This document shows positions 1 through 13,741 of a stretch of 64,000 nt of DNA, one piece after another (position 1 is the stretch's first letter; every line of letters starts with the position of its first letter). The notes beneath the pieces are model-generated. The model ran no database searches, had not been told where the DNA came from, and saw only the letters and a program-made list of their open reading frames with translations. Made by a program: the position numbers and the translations under genes. Source of the DNA: Paramecium tetraurelia (Eukaryota); the NCBI GenBank assembly GCA_000165425.1, contig CT867985.1:434001-498000 (forward strand), given 5' to 3'.

Positions 1-96
1 AGACCATTGTCAAAACCAAATGATTTTCATCTAATTTAACTTATTTTTTTTAGTGCTTTGCAAATTTCTTATTAATAATTAATTATATAATAATAT

Positions 97-2495
97 ATGG
101 TTAAAATCGTATAAGCAACCAAATTGCTTAAATCAAGGCGTCTAACTAGGTTAAAACTGAGTAAACTATCATTGTAATCTAAACAAATTGTACCTAATAA
201 AAAAGAATAAGAAACCAAATAGGTTCAAATTATAAATGAGGATTAATTTATTACGCATATAGAACCAATTAAATAGTTATTGCCTTTCTATCAAGGGGGT
301 AAAATACAAATAACAAATAATGTGATATATACATGTTTCAATTTTTGTGTGCAATATCTTGATAAGAAAATTCAACATAATCAAGAAGAAATAGCAAATT
401 TTTGTGTGAGCAATCTAAATGATTATATCGCAACATTTACAAAGAATTATATGCTCAGATATGTTAGATTGAATGATCATATCACCTAATTTACAATTAA
501 GACAGATCCTCTATTTGCCATTGATATGTAATTTAGTCCAGAAGATGTCTACTTGGCTTTAGGTGGTACAAATTGCATGGTCAAAATTATAAATGTTAAA
601 AAGAACCAACAAAGTACTGAATTCAGAGTCAGTGGAAGTGTTCTCAAATTATAATGGATTCCTATTATGAGGAAATTACAAGTGGCAATTGCCACAGATG
701 ACAGACGCATCTCATTATTTGATTTAGTAGCAAACAGAATACTGTGCGGTTTCGTTGACTTTAATAGTAGGATAACCCATATTTAGTTTAGTCAGCATAT
801 GTTGGTGTCAAGTTGCAATAAATACATTAAATTTTGGGACACAAGCGTATAAAAATTGACTGAAACCATAGAGTTTGATATTGAAATTGAGACATTCATT
901 TATTTCAAAAATACCCTTATCATAGGTACAGAATCTGGAGATTTACATATTAAATAGCAAAACAAAAAAATTGCTATAGATTCATAATTTAATGGCTAAT
1001 AAATATTGAAATTTATTAACTGCAATGAGAAATTGTATATCATAACAAGTGAATTGCATATTTATATTACTGAATTAGTATCTGGACAAATACAATAGTA
1101 AAAATTATTATTAGGATATAATGATGAAATACTAGATGTAAAGTTTATTCAAAATAACCAATTGCTTTTGGCTACAAATTCCCCATTTATGAAGTAAGAT
1201 TAAATATCAATCTTTTAGGATATTAAATTTAGATAGCATGGAGGTCATTGCATGGAAGGCTCATTACAGTGTGATCATGTGTTGTGAATTTATTGATGAT
1301 CTAATAGTAACAGCATCCAAAGATAATTGCGTCATTATATTCAAGTATAAGGGATTCAAACAACCTATAGAGTTACACAAATATAGTGGTCATTCTGATG
1401 ATGTAATTTCAATAGATGTCAATTCCAAATATATTGCATCTGTTTCAAAAGACAAATCACTTAAGTTATGGGATTTAAAGAATTATCAATCTGAATAATC
1501 TATAAAAACTGTTGTTGCTCATGAGAAAGAGATGAATTGTGTTCGATTCTCACCAAATAATAAACTTATTGCCACATCTTCCTAAGATAGACTTATTAAA
1601 TTATGGGATGAAAATTTAATGAATAAGATGACACTTAAAGGTCACAAAAGAGGAGTCTGGGATATATAGTTTTCTCCAATTGAAAAAATATTGGCTTCTG
1701 CAAGTGGAGACAATACTATTAAGCTCTGGAATCTTAGTGATGGCTCTATCATTAAATCCTTCTAAGGAGTGGCTCCTCAACTAAAAGTGTAATGGCTTGC
1801 CAGAGGATCTGAACTAATAAGTACTGATTCTATTGGTAATATTAAATTATGGAATGTCAAAAAATAAACTTGTATTAATACTTTCTCACAACATACTGGT
1901 AAAATTTATGCCTTGGATATAAAGAGAGATAATCAAGATATTTATATAGTGACTGGAGCAAATGATTCCAATCTAATTCTATGGAAAGATAAGACAGAGT
2001 AAGTGACTTAGCAATAATAACTACAATAACATGAAACTAAAATAAAGTTACAAACATTCCAAGATTTTATGAGAGATAAACTATATTTAGATGCAGCATT
2101 TATTGCATTTTAAAATAATTATATAAAGCATTTTATTTAGGCTGTTACTTAAATTTATAAGTAAATATTATATTTATTTAAGGCAAGTTGATTATGACAA
2201 TGTTGTATCTATGTTATCTTAAAAAATGGTGAAAGAAGATTTATTAAAATTTTTATAATTGTTGATAACACTAAATTAAAGCAAGAAAACTTATTAGGCA
2301 GCCTAACATTTATTCTATTATTCAATAAAATTAATAAATGTAAATGAATTTAAAGATGAAAAAAGAGAGTTAGTGAAAAAATTGCTGTAATAATTGAAAT
2401 ATTTGACATCCAAATGTTTTGATCGATTGGAAAGTAATTATTCTTCATAGTTTCTAATTAAATTTATGATTGATAAGTCTAAAATTGTTGTTTGA
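97..2495 (+). CDS. UTP13: U3 snoRNA-associated WD40 protein UTP13/TBL3
   Basis: Code-6 ORF from ATG 97 to TGA 2493-2495, introns 1194-1218 and 2161-2182. Motifs PFYQGGKIQ, LGYNDEILDVKF, AHEKEMNCVRFSPNNKLIATSSQDRLIKLW and [30 protein letters not shown] match TBL3/Utp13. Confidence 0.9.
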
Positions 2496-3041
2496 TTATT
2501 TATGTTTATTATAAAGTATTATTTTCAAATTTCTTTAATTCCTTTATAATAAGAAGCTACATATGAGTTAGAAAATGGTTAATACTGATTCTTTCATTTT
2601 CTCCAATTCTTGAAAAAGAATAAATAAATAATATAAGATTCTTGAACACGTAGTTCATAACATAAACATCTAAACGACTTTAAATTATATATTTATCAAT
2701 AATTTTAATAACTTTAAAGAGAGTTCTTATTATGTAAGCCCGTTTGGTCTTCTATCTAATTCCAACTTTCTTTTAGAGTCAAACTGTTACCTTAAGACTA
2801 GATATTTCCTGAATTATTCGATCAGGTTTCTTTTGAATATTTTGGATTTAATAAATCTATTTTAAATTTAAAGCAAGGTCTAGAATAAATAGTTGAATTA
2901 ATGGATTTTGGATTTGAGTAATCCACAATGTTATCTATATCATTATTTGGTGATTCTTAATTCTGGTTAAAATATCAATTTGAAAACTTGTCAATCTCAT
3001 GTTTAGAGATATTATAAGTTTAATTCTTTTTATTTCATAAT

Positions 3042-3857
3042 ATGAATGAATTTATTTGCATTCAAAGTTTAGATAAAATAATTCACCAAAGATAACCAAA
3101 AATATAGAATTCGTATACACCTAAAAGTTTACTAACTCCAAACACTTCTTCAAAATAAAAATTAAGAGGACTAAGTCCAACAAATAAACTACACTCCACA
3201 GATAAATACTATTTATTTAAAAACGGCACTAAATGCTATTAAAATGAGATTAAAAGGGATGTATAATAGAAGAAAATGAATCCACTAACATCAAAGTAAT
3301 AGATCAATAGAACTGAGATTGTAAAAGAAGATAATACATTCAGTGATAGATTACTGATAACCAGTTTTGAAAATTTTGTTAATGAAACTGATCAAAAATT
3401 ATAAAAATTATGTCATTGGATGAGTAAATCACCTCACACTATTTAAAATCCACAACCTATATTAGTTGGAAACGAAGAACAAGTAGAAAGTTATGAATAG
3501 AAAATCATTAAAACTAAAAAAATTTTATAAGAAAAGAGATAATAACTAAAATTTGCTAAGTAGTAATATGAATCTAATAAAAAATTATTGGAACAATTAA
3601 AATATGAGTTAGATCAACTTAATGAAGATTAGAAAATTCTTGAAATCAGTACTAATAATAGATCTTTAAAAGATGAAATAGTTTATAATAGACAGAGTAT
3701 CATCAAACACAAATAAATACTTTAAAAGGTAAATGAGTTCATCACTAAAGAGCTGAAGGAATAATTATTGAGTTAGGATTGCTAATTTGGAGAGTATGTT
3801 AATAAATTCAACAACATTTATATGTAAATGCAAATAACATTAGATAAATAAATCTGA
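3042..3857 (+). CDS. hypothetical coiled-coil protein (271 aa)
   Basis: Uninterrupted code-6 ORF MNEFICIQSLDK... ending in TGA, with a K/E/Q-rich C-terminal half. Confidence 0.75.
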
Positions 3858-3909
3858 ATATATATTTTACAATTTACTATATTTATAAATAATAAGTATA
3901 AATTTTGAT

Positions 3910-4723
3910 ATGAATTGTAAGGGTTTAGAACATGATTAAAAGTCTGAAAAAGGCACAATAACTTACGATAATTATAAGGATAGACAATTTATTATTTAAA
4001 CTTGGAAAAATCAGATCCTATAAAAATCCAAAGTTAGTTCTCCATAAAGTAACTTATAAACTCCAAGTAAAGAAACAAAAAAATAAATACTTCTTGGTCA
4101 TAAGAAATCAATGAACCTTACATCTGAACGTTCTACTCAAATGTCAACTGAAAAAGACTTATTTAATGACAAATTCATCGTTGAACATCAAGAAAGAATG
4201 AATATTTTACAAAAGTTATAGGATATTCGACTGTAAAACGTCATGATGAAATCTAAAACTAAATCTTCAAATGACCTCTATAAAGAATTCTAATATGAAT
4301 AATATAAAAAGGTTGATACTCAAAAAGTCATCTTGAATGATAAATTAAAACTGTATTCATATTATTTATATGTAAAGATGCCAAAAAGAAATTGATCAAC
4401 AAAAATAGAAAATATTGAAGGATGAGATCAACTTAAAGGAGAGGGAAAAGGAATTGGAGATCTTGAAGGAACAATTATAATTCGTTAAAGATTCGGTATA
4501 ATAAATAAAAAATTAAAATATAAAACAAACCAGAGAAACAACTTGTAAATTGTAAATAAATCAGATCAAAGAAAAATAGTTACTAACTTAGTTTATCTAA
4601 TATATTGAATCTCTATAAGATCAATATAGCAATCACCTATTGTTATTTAAAGATTACTTATTTTAATTACGACTAAACATTGATTCCATTAGAATGGATT
4701 AAGAATTTGATAAAAATTAATGA
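3910..4723 (+). CDS. hypothetical coiled-coil protein
   Basis: ORF MNCKGLEHDQK..., one ~25-nt intron starting at 4353 (gtattc...taaag), TGA 4721-4723. Confidence 0.7.
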
Positions 4724-4880
4724 TCTAATATTATTCCACTAAAATCAATATTAAATATATCTCAAATAATTATAATTACTCTATTGTATTATAATTCCAT
4801 TTTATAATAACTTTTATTAATCAAATGATTGATTTCTCATCATAATCTTTTTTTAATTTAAAGAAAAGTTCGATTTTATT

Positions 4881-5369
4881 TCATTTAAATGATTGTTTTA
4901 CTTCAAATTTCTTATTATTTAATTGATTTCTTACTTCCTGAACACTTGAAAACTTGTTCAGGGTGTTACACATTTTTAAAGAGATTATTCTGAATTTTAT
5001 TAAACAATTTTCTTTCGCTTCAATCGTATTGTAATTATATAACATTCCAAACATGATAAGTATTCATGGCACTTCTACAATGAATTGACCAACCAAATGA
5101 ACCAATTCCAACGGCGTAATTTTTAAAATTGAATTTAATATATCTCTTACATATTTATCGTTTTAGGACCTTAATATTATACTTTACCATATTATAAATT
5201 TCTAACATTTTAGATATAAATCCTGATGATCATATTTTAATAATTGATTATATAAATTTTAAATAGAATTTATTATTATTGATTATACAAGATCTTATGA
5301 AAGACTATTTTTTAACTTTATTTAAGCAGTTTTGTCTAAATACTTTTGAATCTCTAAATATTCATTCAT
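4881..5369 (-). pseudogene. short ORF with an internal TGA (probable decayed gene, or a 101-aa gene)
   Basis: MNEYLEIQKYLDK... runs to TGA at 5064-5066 (VEVP*ILIMFG). The same frame stays open for 60 more codons to TGA at 4881-4883. Confidence 0.35.
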
Positions 5370-5998
5370 CGCACATTGTACCCCCCTATTTGTGTATCAT
5401 AAGCAACACAGAAAATATCATATTATAATTAGAGAGTTTAGGGTAAATTATTAGTTGTTTTTAAAATTGAACAAGATTGAATATAGATCATTCTAGTTTT
5501 ATTACTGTTGTTGTTGTTGTAAAATAATCGCTATAATAAATAAAAATTTAATTAAAAATAAAAATGTTGAAAGAACAAAAGGGATTAAATTAGCATAATC
5601 AATGAATAGAGTAATTTTGATAATCAAATAATTAGATTGGTTAAATTTAGTGTTAATAATTTATAGATACTGATTAATTAAACAGTAATCAATAGAGATT
5701 AACTACCTAAAAATCAAAAGGATTACTATAAGTTTTTGATTGATTAATAAAAAAGTATGAAAATGAGAAAGAGACTAATTTAATTTAGGCAGCTATCAAT
5801 ATTCAATAAATATTAGATTATAATACAGAGGTTTTTTTGAAGTTAAAGCTATAAGTTACATTGGCAATGTTATTAAGGGGAAAATTAGATTTAGAGGAAG
5901 GAACAGAATAATTATTTAAGAAATCTGATGGTATTATATTTGCATAAGATTGCTTTGTTGTTTAAATATGAATATTAAATTATATTAATATTTTTATT

Positions 5999-7728
5999 AT
6001 GAAAGTTATTATTACTCTTAATTCTGAACAGCATGAAATTGAATTGTAGGATCCAACAATTGAAGCTTTAATTCTTGTTATCTAAGATCAATTTAATGTA
6101 ACTCTTTTTAATTATCAAATAGATAGCTTTCAATTTTGAATTACTTACAACTGACAATTAGACATTGACTGAACTATAAGAAGGAATGCAAATAATAGTA
6201 GAAAAAGTCAAAAATGACAAGGCCAATTTACAAAAATTTAAATCCTTCTTTTCAATAGCAGGATCAATTATTAAATCAAAAACAATTAGTCACGGTTTCT
6301 CTATATCAACATTCAATTAAGTACAGAGATAGAAATCATTGGATTAAAAATCAGAATAAAGAATTTAGACTCCAGAACAATAAGCTTAACAAATAAATAC
6401 AAATATTTAATCCATTAATGAATAAAATATTTAAAAATGCGAATTATCAGGGATCCTATAATAAGATTCAGCCATGATTTTGGATGAAAAATAATCTGAT
6501 AGATTATTGTTGAATGAATTACAGGAGTAAGCAGAATAAAATCAAAAATTACATAATTCTCAAGAATAAAAGAAGAGACCAAAAAATCATTCCATTAAAT
6601 AATAGTCATAAACAACCAAAGAATAAGCTTTTGCTTATGCAGAAGAATTAGCAAGTATCCCCAGACCTAATAAGAGATAACTAATTTTATAGAGAATGGA
6701 AGAGGACAAAGCAGAAAAAGAAAGAATTGCAAAATAATAATAAGAGGCAAATAGAATAATCAAGTAGATTTAAGAAAAAATGAAACAGAAGGAGTTATTA
6801 CTTAAATAGAAAGAAGAAGCTTTATAGGTCACTGAATTAGAAAAGCGAAAAGTATTTATTTATACTATTAAGGCTGTTCTAGCTTAAAAAAGAGAGTTGA
6901 GTTAACCAATCAAATTAAGTGAATTGACAGAACATTAAAAGAAATATGAGGAGGAGAGGAAGATTAAAGAATTTGAAAGGGAACATCATAAGTAAGAAAT
7001 AGAAACTGAAATTAAATAAAAATCCTTCAAATTTCCAAAAAGCCAAGCCCAAATAAGAGTTGAAGAAGAATAAAAGATGTAAAAATTGATACGGGAATAA
7101 GAAATGGAATAAAAGAAGTTAGCCAGATTGAAATAATTAAAGTATGCTGATGTTGCACAAGAGATATATTTTAAAGAGCATCCTGTAAAGCCTAAATAAT
7201 CTCCTCCTCCAAAAGAAGATTAATCTAAACAAATCAAGGAAATTCAAGTCACTGAACAGAACCTAAGGAAAATTAAGAAATTTGTTCCTCAATAAAGACA
7301 TTTTAGTCATGATTCTAAAGATTCAATTACTGATCTAAGTAACCATTAAGAAAATAGACCACCAAAACCATAAATCAAAAAGTAATAAAAGGTCCTAGAA
7401 AAAGCAGAAAAGCCTTCAGAACTTCCACCTAAACCTAAAACAACTGATTATCTCTAATAATTAAGACAGTAAAGAAAAGTATAAGTAAACATGGAAGATC
7501 AATGGGAAAAGTAATTCTATATATTATAAAAGAATAATTGAAAACAAAGGGTTAGAAAATGAATAAAAAGTTTAAAATGTTTTGAATAATGTTTAGAGAT
7601 TAGAGTAAAAGGCAAAAGAAAGAGAAAAATTGGCTTTAATTAATCGAGATTTAGAAGCAGAAGAAGAAGCAAATAATTTATATATTGCCAGCATAAGAGC
7701 TAAATTAGCAATTCTGGAGAAAAATTGA
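5999..7728 (+). CDS. coiled-coil protein with a possible N-terminal ubiquitin-like/PB1 domain
   Basis: MKVIITLNSEQHEIEL...; introns 6098-6122, 6852-6872 and 7511-7532; long E/K/Q coiled coil; ends YIASIRAKLAILEKN*. Confidence 0.8.
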
Positions 7729-7765
7729 TTTTTTCACTATATTATAAATTTTGTTTTTAACCAAA

Positions 7766-8893
7766 ATGATGAGTGAATTAATTCTAAAAAGAGAAACCTT
7801 CTGTCTTCAATTGAAACGAACTGAGAAAGAAAGAATATTCAAGAGTAAGAGACAAAAAATCTATCCAAAGGAACAATTGCTGGAACTCATAAAATCCAAA
7901 GATTAAGATTCAATAATTAAGTTAGTAAATGTCAGTGAAGGATCTAGCAAATAAATTAATGAACTACTTGAAATGGGTGGAATTGAATATTTTTCAGATT
8001 TGCTTAATTCTTCTGAAAAAGAATTAGCAATAATTGGTTTATCTAATTTATATTCATAAAATTCTGTGTAAGCTTCAATGAAAGATTTAATACTTTTTGA
8101 AACTATAGTAAATGAAGTGCATTTATATCAAAATATCGAGCAATTAGTCTAAAGACTTAGATTCCTCAATATAATAGCATTATATTGCACTGATTTATCG
8201 CGTTTAGAAGAAGAATAAAGAATAAAAGATAAATTATATTAAGTATTTTCTTATTACTAAAATAAATATCCACAAATTTTCAAAATTTAGGAGGAGTGTT
8301 TCAAAGGATTTTTATCATTAGCGTCTGTATAATTTGTTTAAAATGAAATTATACAATTATGTTGTGATAATTTTAATAAAGGTATTGATTAAATTATTAT
8401 TCAATTGCTTTACTACACTATTGATGATAATGTAGAGTTCATTGCTATTTTGAATCGAAGCACATTCATTTAATAATGTCCTCATCATTTAAAAATAATT
8501 GATCGATAGAAGTATATCTTAAGTATTCTTTATTATTACTCTTAATATTATGTTGAAAGAATAATTAGCAATAATGAATTGGTTGAGCAAATTTAAGTCA
8601 TACAGAATTCTAATAGGCATTAAAGATTGATTCTTCTATTGCATTATTAGATGTTATTGAAATGTCCGAGGGCTTTGTTTATGAAAATTTTGAAAGAATT
8701 TGATGTGATCAACAATTTGAAGTTTCTTTTAGAAACATTTAAATACGCGGAGTAAATTTTATTAGTGATTGCTCTTTTGAAATAAACAAAACAAAACCTA
8801 ATTGAAGAATTAATGCCTTATTTGGAAAACTTATTTTTAAAATAAGAAGTAAATGAGAGAATTGCTCAAAAATTATAATTAATCTTAGGGTGA
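7766..8893 (+). CDS. divergent importin-alpha-like protein (IBB-like N-terminus plus ARM-like helices)
   Basis: Single-exon 375-aa ORF. The N-terminus KRETFCLQLKRTEKERIFKSKR resembles the IBB consensus and is followed by ARM-like INELLEMGGIEYFSDLL...AIIGLSNL. Confidence 0.65.
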
Positions 8894-8970
8894 TTATTCT
8901 TTTCTTGCTATTCAATTACTTTTCTAGATTAATTTCTAAGTGTATATTTTATTTTCATTATTAAAATACC

Positions 8971-9535
8971 TCATTATTTTGGTAATTAATCAAAATCAAG
9001 ATCAAAGCTGATTGGTTTAGCTTCTGGATTATATTCATATTAATTGATTTCTTCTTATTCATTCTTGATTAGTTAATTAATAAAATTACATCTTGTTTGA
9101 TGTCCTGTGCATTCTCTTATTTAGCTACTAATTTATTTTGCTTAATTCTTAATTTGTTTTCTTTCCTTCTCTATTGATATTACGCACTTAGAATCTTTGT
9201 CCAATATTCCTCAGCTCCTTTTCTGATTCTTTTTTCAATCTCAACTCTTGGGACACCTTGCATTCCAAAAATCTTATTCTTTATATCACTCCTGTCTCCA
9301 GCAGCATTTGGTATTCTAATATTTTAAACATAAGCTACTTCGTTAAAACTTCATGATGAGCAGATTCAACGTGATTTTTCAAAGAATCACAAGATGAAAA
9401 CTTCTTAAAACACCTTTAACAAGTAAAGTGCTTAGCCTTTTAGTGCTGATGTAGATAAACTTCATTTTTGAATGTTTTATCACAGTAAAAACAAAATGGC
9501 TTTAAATATGATAAATCCCTATTTTTTCTTCCCAT
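8971..9535 (-). CDS. ZNF207: BuGZ/ZNF207 family C2H2 zinc-finger protein
   Basis: MGRKNRDLSYLKPFCFYCDKTFKNEVYLHQHQKAKHFTCQRCFKK...IPNAAGDRSDIKNKIFGMQGVP matches the ZNF207 N-terminal pattern; intron 9316-9338. Confidence 0.9.
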
Positions 9536-10370
9536 TTCGAATAAATATATTAATTATAGTTTTTTTAAATTAATATTCCAAACATGTTCAAATATTTAGG
9601 AATATGCCATCATAAATTAGTAATATTGATTTAATTGAAAAAAACAATATAATGAACTTCTATGCAAGATTATTATATTTTATTTTAATTTTGACATCTT
9701 AATATTTAGAGAAAGAGCAGAACAGTATATTCTAAGATTATTGTAAAATGTAAGATAGCTATATAATTATCATAATTTATAATTCTAATTGTGATTACTT
9801 ATTGATAGCCTTCTAATTGAAAGGTTAAATTAGGTCAAAAAATAAACCTTAACAAAAAGCTGAAAATCCTCAACCAGATTGTTACGAATACATAAATTAA
9901 CTCAATCCAAGTGATATTTACAAATCAAATATTTTAAGGATAGCAATCAGTTATAGAGAAAGATGATTAACTTATTAATTGTTGAGACTATGAAAAACAT
10001 TGAAAATAAGAATAATTAAGGCTAATAATTGTTAAGATCATGATTTTAAAGACTGAAATTGAAAATATAAAAAGAAAGGAGCAAAAAATTTGACATGAAT
10101 TTAAATAAAAAGAATTTAATGTGAACGATTACAAAAATAATTACGATGGCCTTCAATTAATTAATCTTAAATCAAACTACACTATTAATATATTGGATTG
10201 TTAAGCTTAAACGGAGAGAAACACAATCAATTGGCAAATTACTCTATCTTTCTCATCCCAATAAGGAATAGGTGACATATAATTATTTAAGCAAATTAAT
10301 GCTTTAAATTTGGGCATATGAATGTATAGTAATTGAAAAAATTTTGATAATTAATAAATCAATTAGAAAA

Positions 10371-11313
10371 ATGGATTACAATGATTAAAGCGTTGGGGTA
10401 TGCTATTGTTGCATGTTCTTTACTTACAAACATTATATTTATTTAATGATGACTACCAATGCCATTTAAGGGTTAGTTTTAATAGCAATAGGGATTTTTG
10501 GACTTTTAGAATAATTTGAATTACTTGTATTTTAGAGACCAATAGCCTTGAGTCTATTAAGTTTAGGTATTGAAAATATTATATAGAGTTAGGTAGTTTG
10601 GTTGTATTTGGACTTATATTATAATTCATATTCTTTATCAGGCATTCAGTATATTATATTGGGAAAATAATGGTAATAGTAAATGTTTTGACCTCTTTAT
10701 TTGATTTAAGTTCAGGAATAATATTGCTTTTGTCTTGTTTCATAGAATTAACTTTCATAGAATTCAATGAAACACAGCAATCTTTTAGCTCGACAAAAAG
10801 AACAATTTTGTTATTAATCTCTATAATTATAATTGTTATATCTTTATATGGATTCTGGATGACATATCTTCAATACTAAACAATTGAGCCATTATAGGAG
10901 CAACTGGAAAAAGAAACCAGAGTTGTGCCAGTAATATCATTACGCCAAGCTGTGGCTAAGAAATTCTCAAAGAATTTCATTGGGGATCTTACTCCTAATA
11001 ATGGGAAAATGAATCGACAAACCAGAGGAGATTCATCATCAGAATAGTCTTAACCATTTTAAAGAATATAAGTATAAGATAGTAATATAATTTAAAGTCA
11101 AAACAATAAAATTAAGAAGAATTAAACGAGCCTTCTTCAAATCAACGAAGTGAGAAACTCATTAAAGTACCTGAAAATATGACACCATACAATGATTATT
11201 ACACTACTTCAAACAACACTATAAGACTTCCTTAATAAACAGATGATATACAGACATTAAGAAAATCAAGGACTCCAAAATCTAATTATGGTAAATAATA
11301 ATAACAAGGTTGA
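10371..11313 (+). CDS. membrane protein with about four TM segments and a low-complexity tail
   Basis: MDYNDQSVGVCYCCMFF..., four hydrophobic stretches, introns 10567-10592 and 11071-~11097, TGA 11311-11313. Confidence 0.75.
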
Positions 11314-12520
11314 TTCATAAATCTCATTTTTTATTATTTAATTTTGTCATAGTTGAATCAAGATGTTTCTGCTCTGAATGGTCACAATCATTTAGATAAT
11401 TCATGATGATAATTAATTACTATAAACTGTCTTATATGATTTATGTTATAGATCATCTAATTTTTTGCTAAATCTTTAAAAAGTTAGAGGATATATTCTA
11501 GAAAATATGAAACACACTTATCAGTTGATAACCCTACAATTTGACAAAATGGTAATCGATAAAATAGGTTATTTTATAACTTAATTCATAAGTTGTTCAA
11601 TGGATTCACTGACTTTCGAATGGTCCTTATTTTATTTATTATGAAAGGAATGGGATTCAGCACTCTTTCACTACCTTCTAATTAAATTGATAAATGAAAA
11701 TTCATGAATTTAATCAGTTTTGTTCTAATTTAAAATATTCAAGCCATCTGCAAATCCTATTGTTTTTTAAGTAGCTGTAAGAAACAAATGAAAAATGATA
11801 ATTATGGAATTAGATTTCATATGATCATTTAGAAAAACTACAAAATTTTAATTTTTAGTTTGTGTTAAAACAAAGAAAATTAAAAAAATCATCTTTATAA
11901 CTAATATAACAAGACATCTTATTTTCAACTTTGTTTATGTAGATTTATAAGCATAGTTGTGTTTAATTTGAGCACAGCGTTATAAGATTTAGATTAATGG
12001 CAATGTTAAGAATGCCTTCAAATTGGATTTTGCTCAGTTTTTAATACCAAGGCTATCAAACAATCTTTCATTTATTGATATTCTCAATTAAATCTAAATT
12101 ACAGAATCTAGATTACGAAATATTAACTTCTCTTAATAAATTTATTTCTAAATCAAGGAATTATAAAGTATATCAATATTAATATAAGATAAAACATAAC
12201 AAAACAAAACAAAAAGCTATAATTTTTAATTTATATCAACATGCTGAATGTCCATATTTGAAGTAAGAATACTGCAATTTTGGTTAGTGTGCTTGCCATC
12301 TCTCTTCAATAACATAACATTAATACAAAGTAAAAACATTACTATAAAATTGATTATCCAAATGCAATAAATACTTCATAACCAAGGACTCATATAAAAT
12401 GAAAAGTCTACAACTTCCACAATCTATAATTATGGAATCTTATTTCATTTCCATTCTAGTATTTTTAAATGTAATCTAATATCAATCAAACAAAAAACAA
12501 TAATTAATTCAAAACCCTTA

Positions 12521-13129
12521 TCATTTCATTTATTGTAATAGATCTCTTTCCAATCTATCAAATCCAAAACTTAATTTTTGATTCTCTTTTAATAATAACT
12601 CTTAAACTTGCATTGAAACCTTAGCTATAATTTCTTTTTATTTCTCTCTAAATAGACTTGCGCTTTTATTATTTTATTAAGCTTTTAGATCATCATTCTC
12701 TATACTGTTTTTTTCTTTCTTGTCTTAATTTTGTTTTTTGTATCCATGTTTCAATCTAAAATTCAATCTTAAATATGGAATATCCATGCGTTCCTCCTCC
12801 AAAGGTTCTATTTGAATTTTATACTATTTCTTGTGTCCTTAATTAATGTAAGGTTTAGAGATATTCTTTGTCGCCTTAGTTCCAATTTAGATATCTGGTA
12901 GGTTTCTTGAGTTGTTCTAGGAACGATGAAGCTTTTATAAGGCCATTCCATCTCCTAGTTTTAATAAACTACTTCGATTAGAATTATTATTCTTTGAACT
13001 TAGAATGGTTGGAACAAAATAATTTTAATGATTTATTTTCTCTAATGGTGTTTGTTTAAGAGATCTAAGTGAATAAAGTTAATTTAAGTGTAATTCTTTA
13101 GAGTAATTATCAAGCATAGGTTATTTCAT
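12521..13129 (-). CDS. hypothetical protein (202 aa)
   Basis: Uninterrupted code-6 ORF MKQPMLDNYSKEL...DLLQQMK*. Confidence 0.75.
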
Positions 13130-13277
13130 AATTGTTTAAATCTATAATAATAATTTATTAATGAAATACCACTATTTCAATCACAACATTAATTATAAGT
13201 TTATACTTTTATTATGCTAATCAAAAATGAAATAAAGATTAATTATTAAATAGATATAATTTTTACTATATTATATT

Positions 13278-13694
13278 ATGATTCCATAAGATAGTACTCA
13301 TACTCTTAATTTATTAAAAACTATTTGTTAGAAAGCAATGTATGACTTATAAGGTAAGAATAAAAAAGTCGGAGTAAGTTTGCCAAAAATTAAATAAGTA
13401 AAAATATTAAATCAACATCAAACCCAAATGGGTGTGAATTACAAACAAGAAAATTAATAATTTAAAAGAAAATTAGGTTAATTTAAATTGGTTTAGCAAA
13501 ATCTAAGGCCTAAAAGGCTGTCATCAATAAAATTGGATAGTAATTAGAGCAACTCCTCATAAATTGAAGGGAATGAAAGTTTGAAAATAATTAGTTACAT
13601 TTCTAATAGTAATGAGATAGATAGAATGTTTGAAATATACTCTAGCTCTAGGATTAAGAATAGGAAATTTAGGTTTAATTCACTACAATTTTGA
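13278..13694 (+). CDS. hypothetical protein (138 aa)
   Basis: ORF MIPQDSTHTLNLLK...FRFNSLQF*, convergent with the next gene across a 47-nt gap. Confidence 0.65.
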
Positions 13695-13741
13695 AGAAAA
13701 TGCATGTATAGATATTAAAATAATGAGAAGTATAAACAAAT

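Noticed and set aside
5400..5970. Possible gene between 5400 and 5970
   Set aside because: The frames I tested hit TGA quickly, and I could not build a coherent model.
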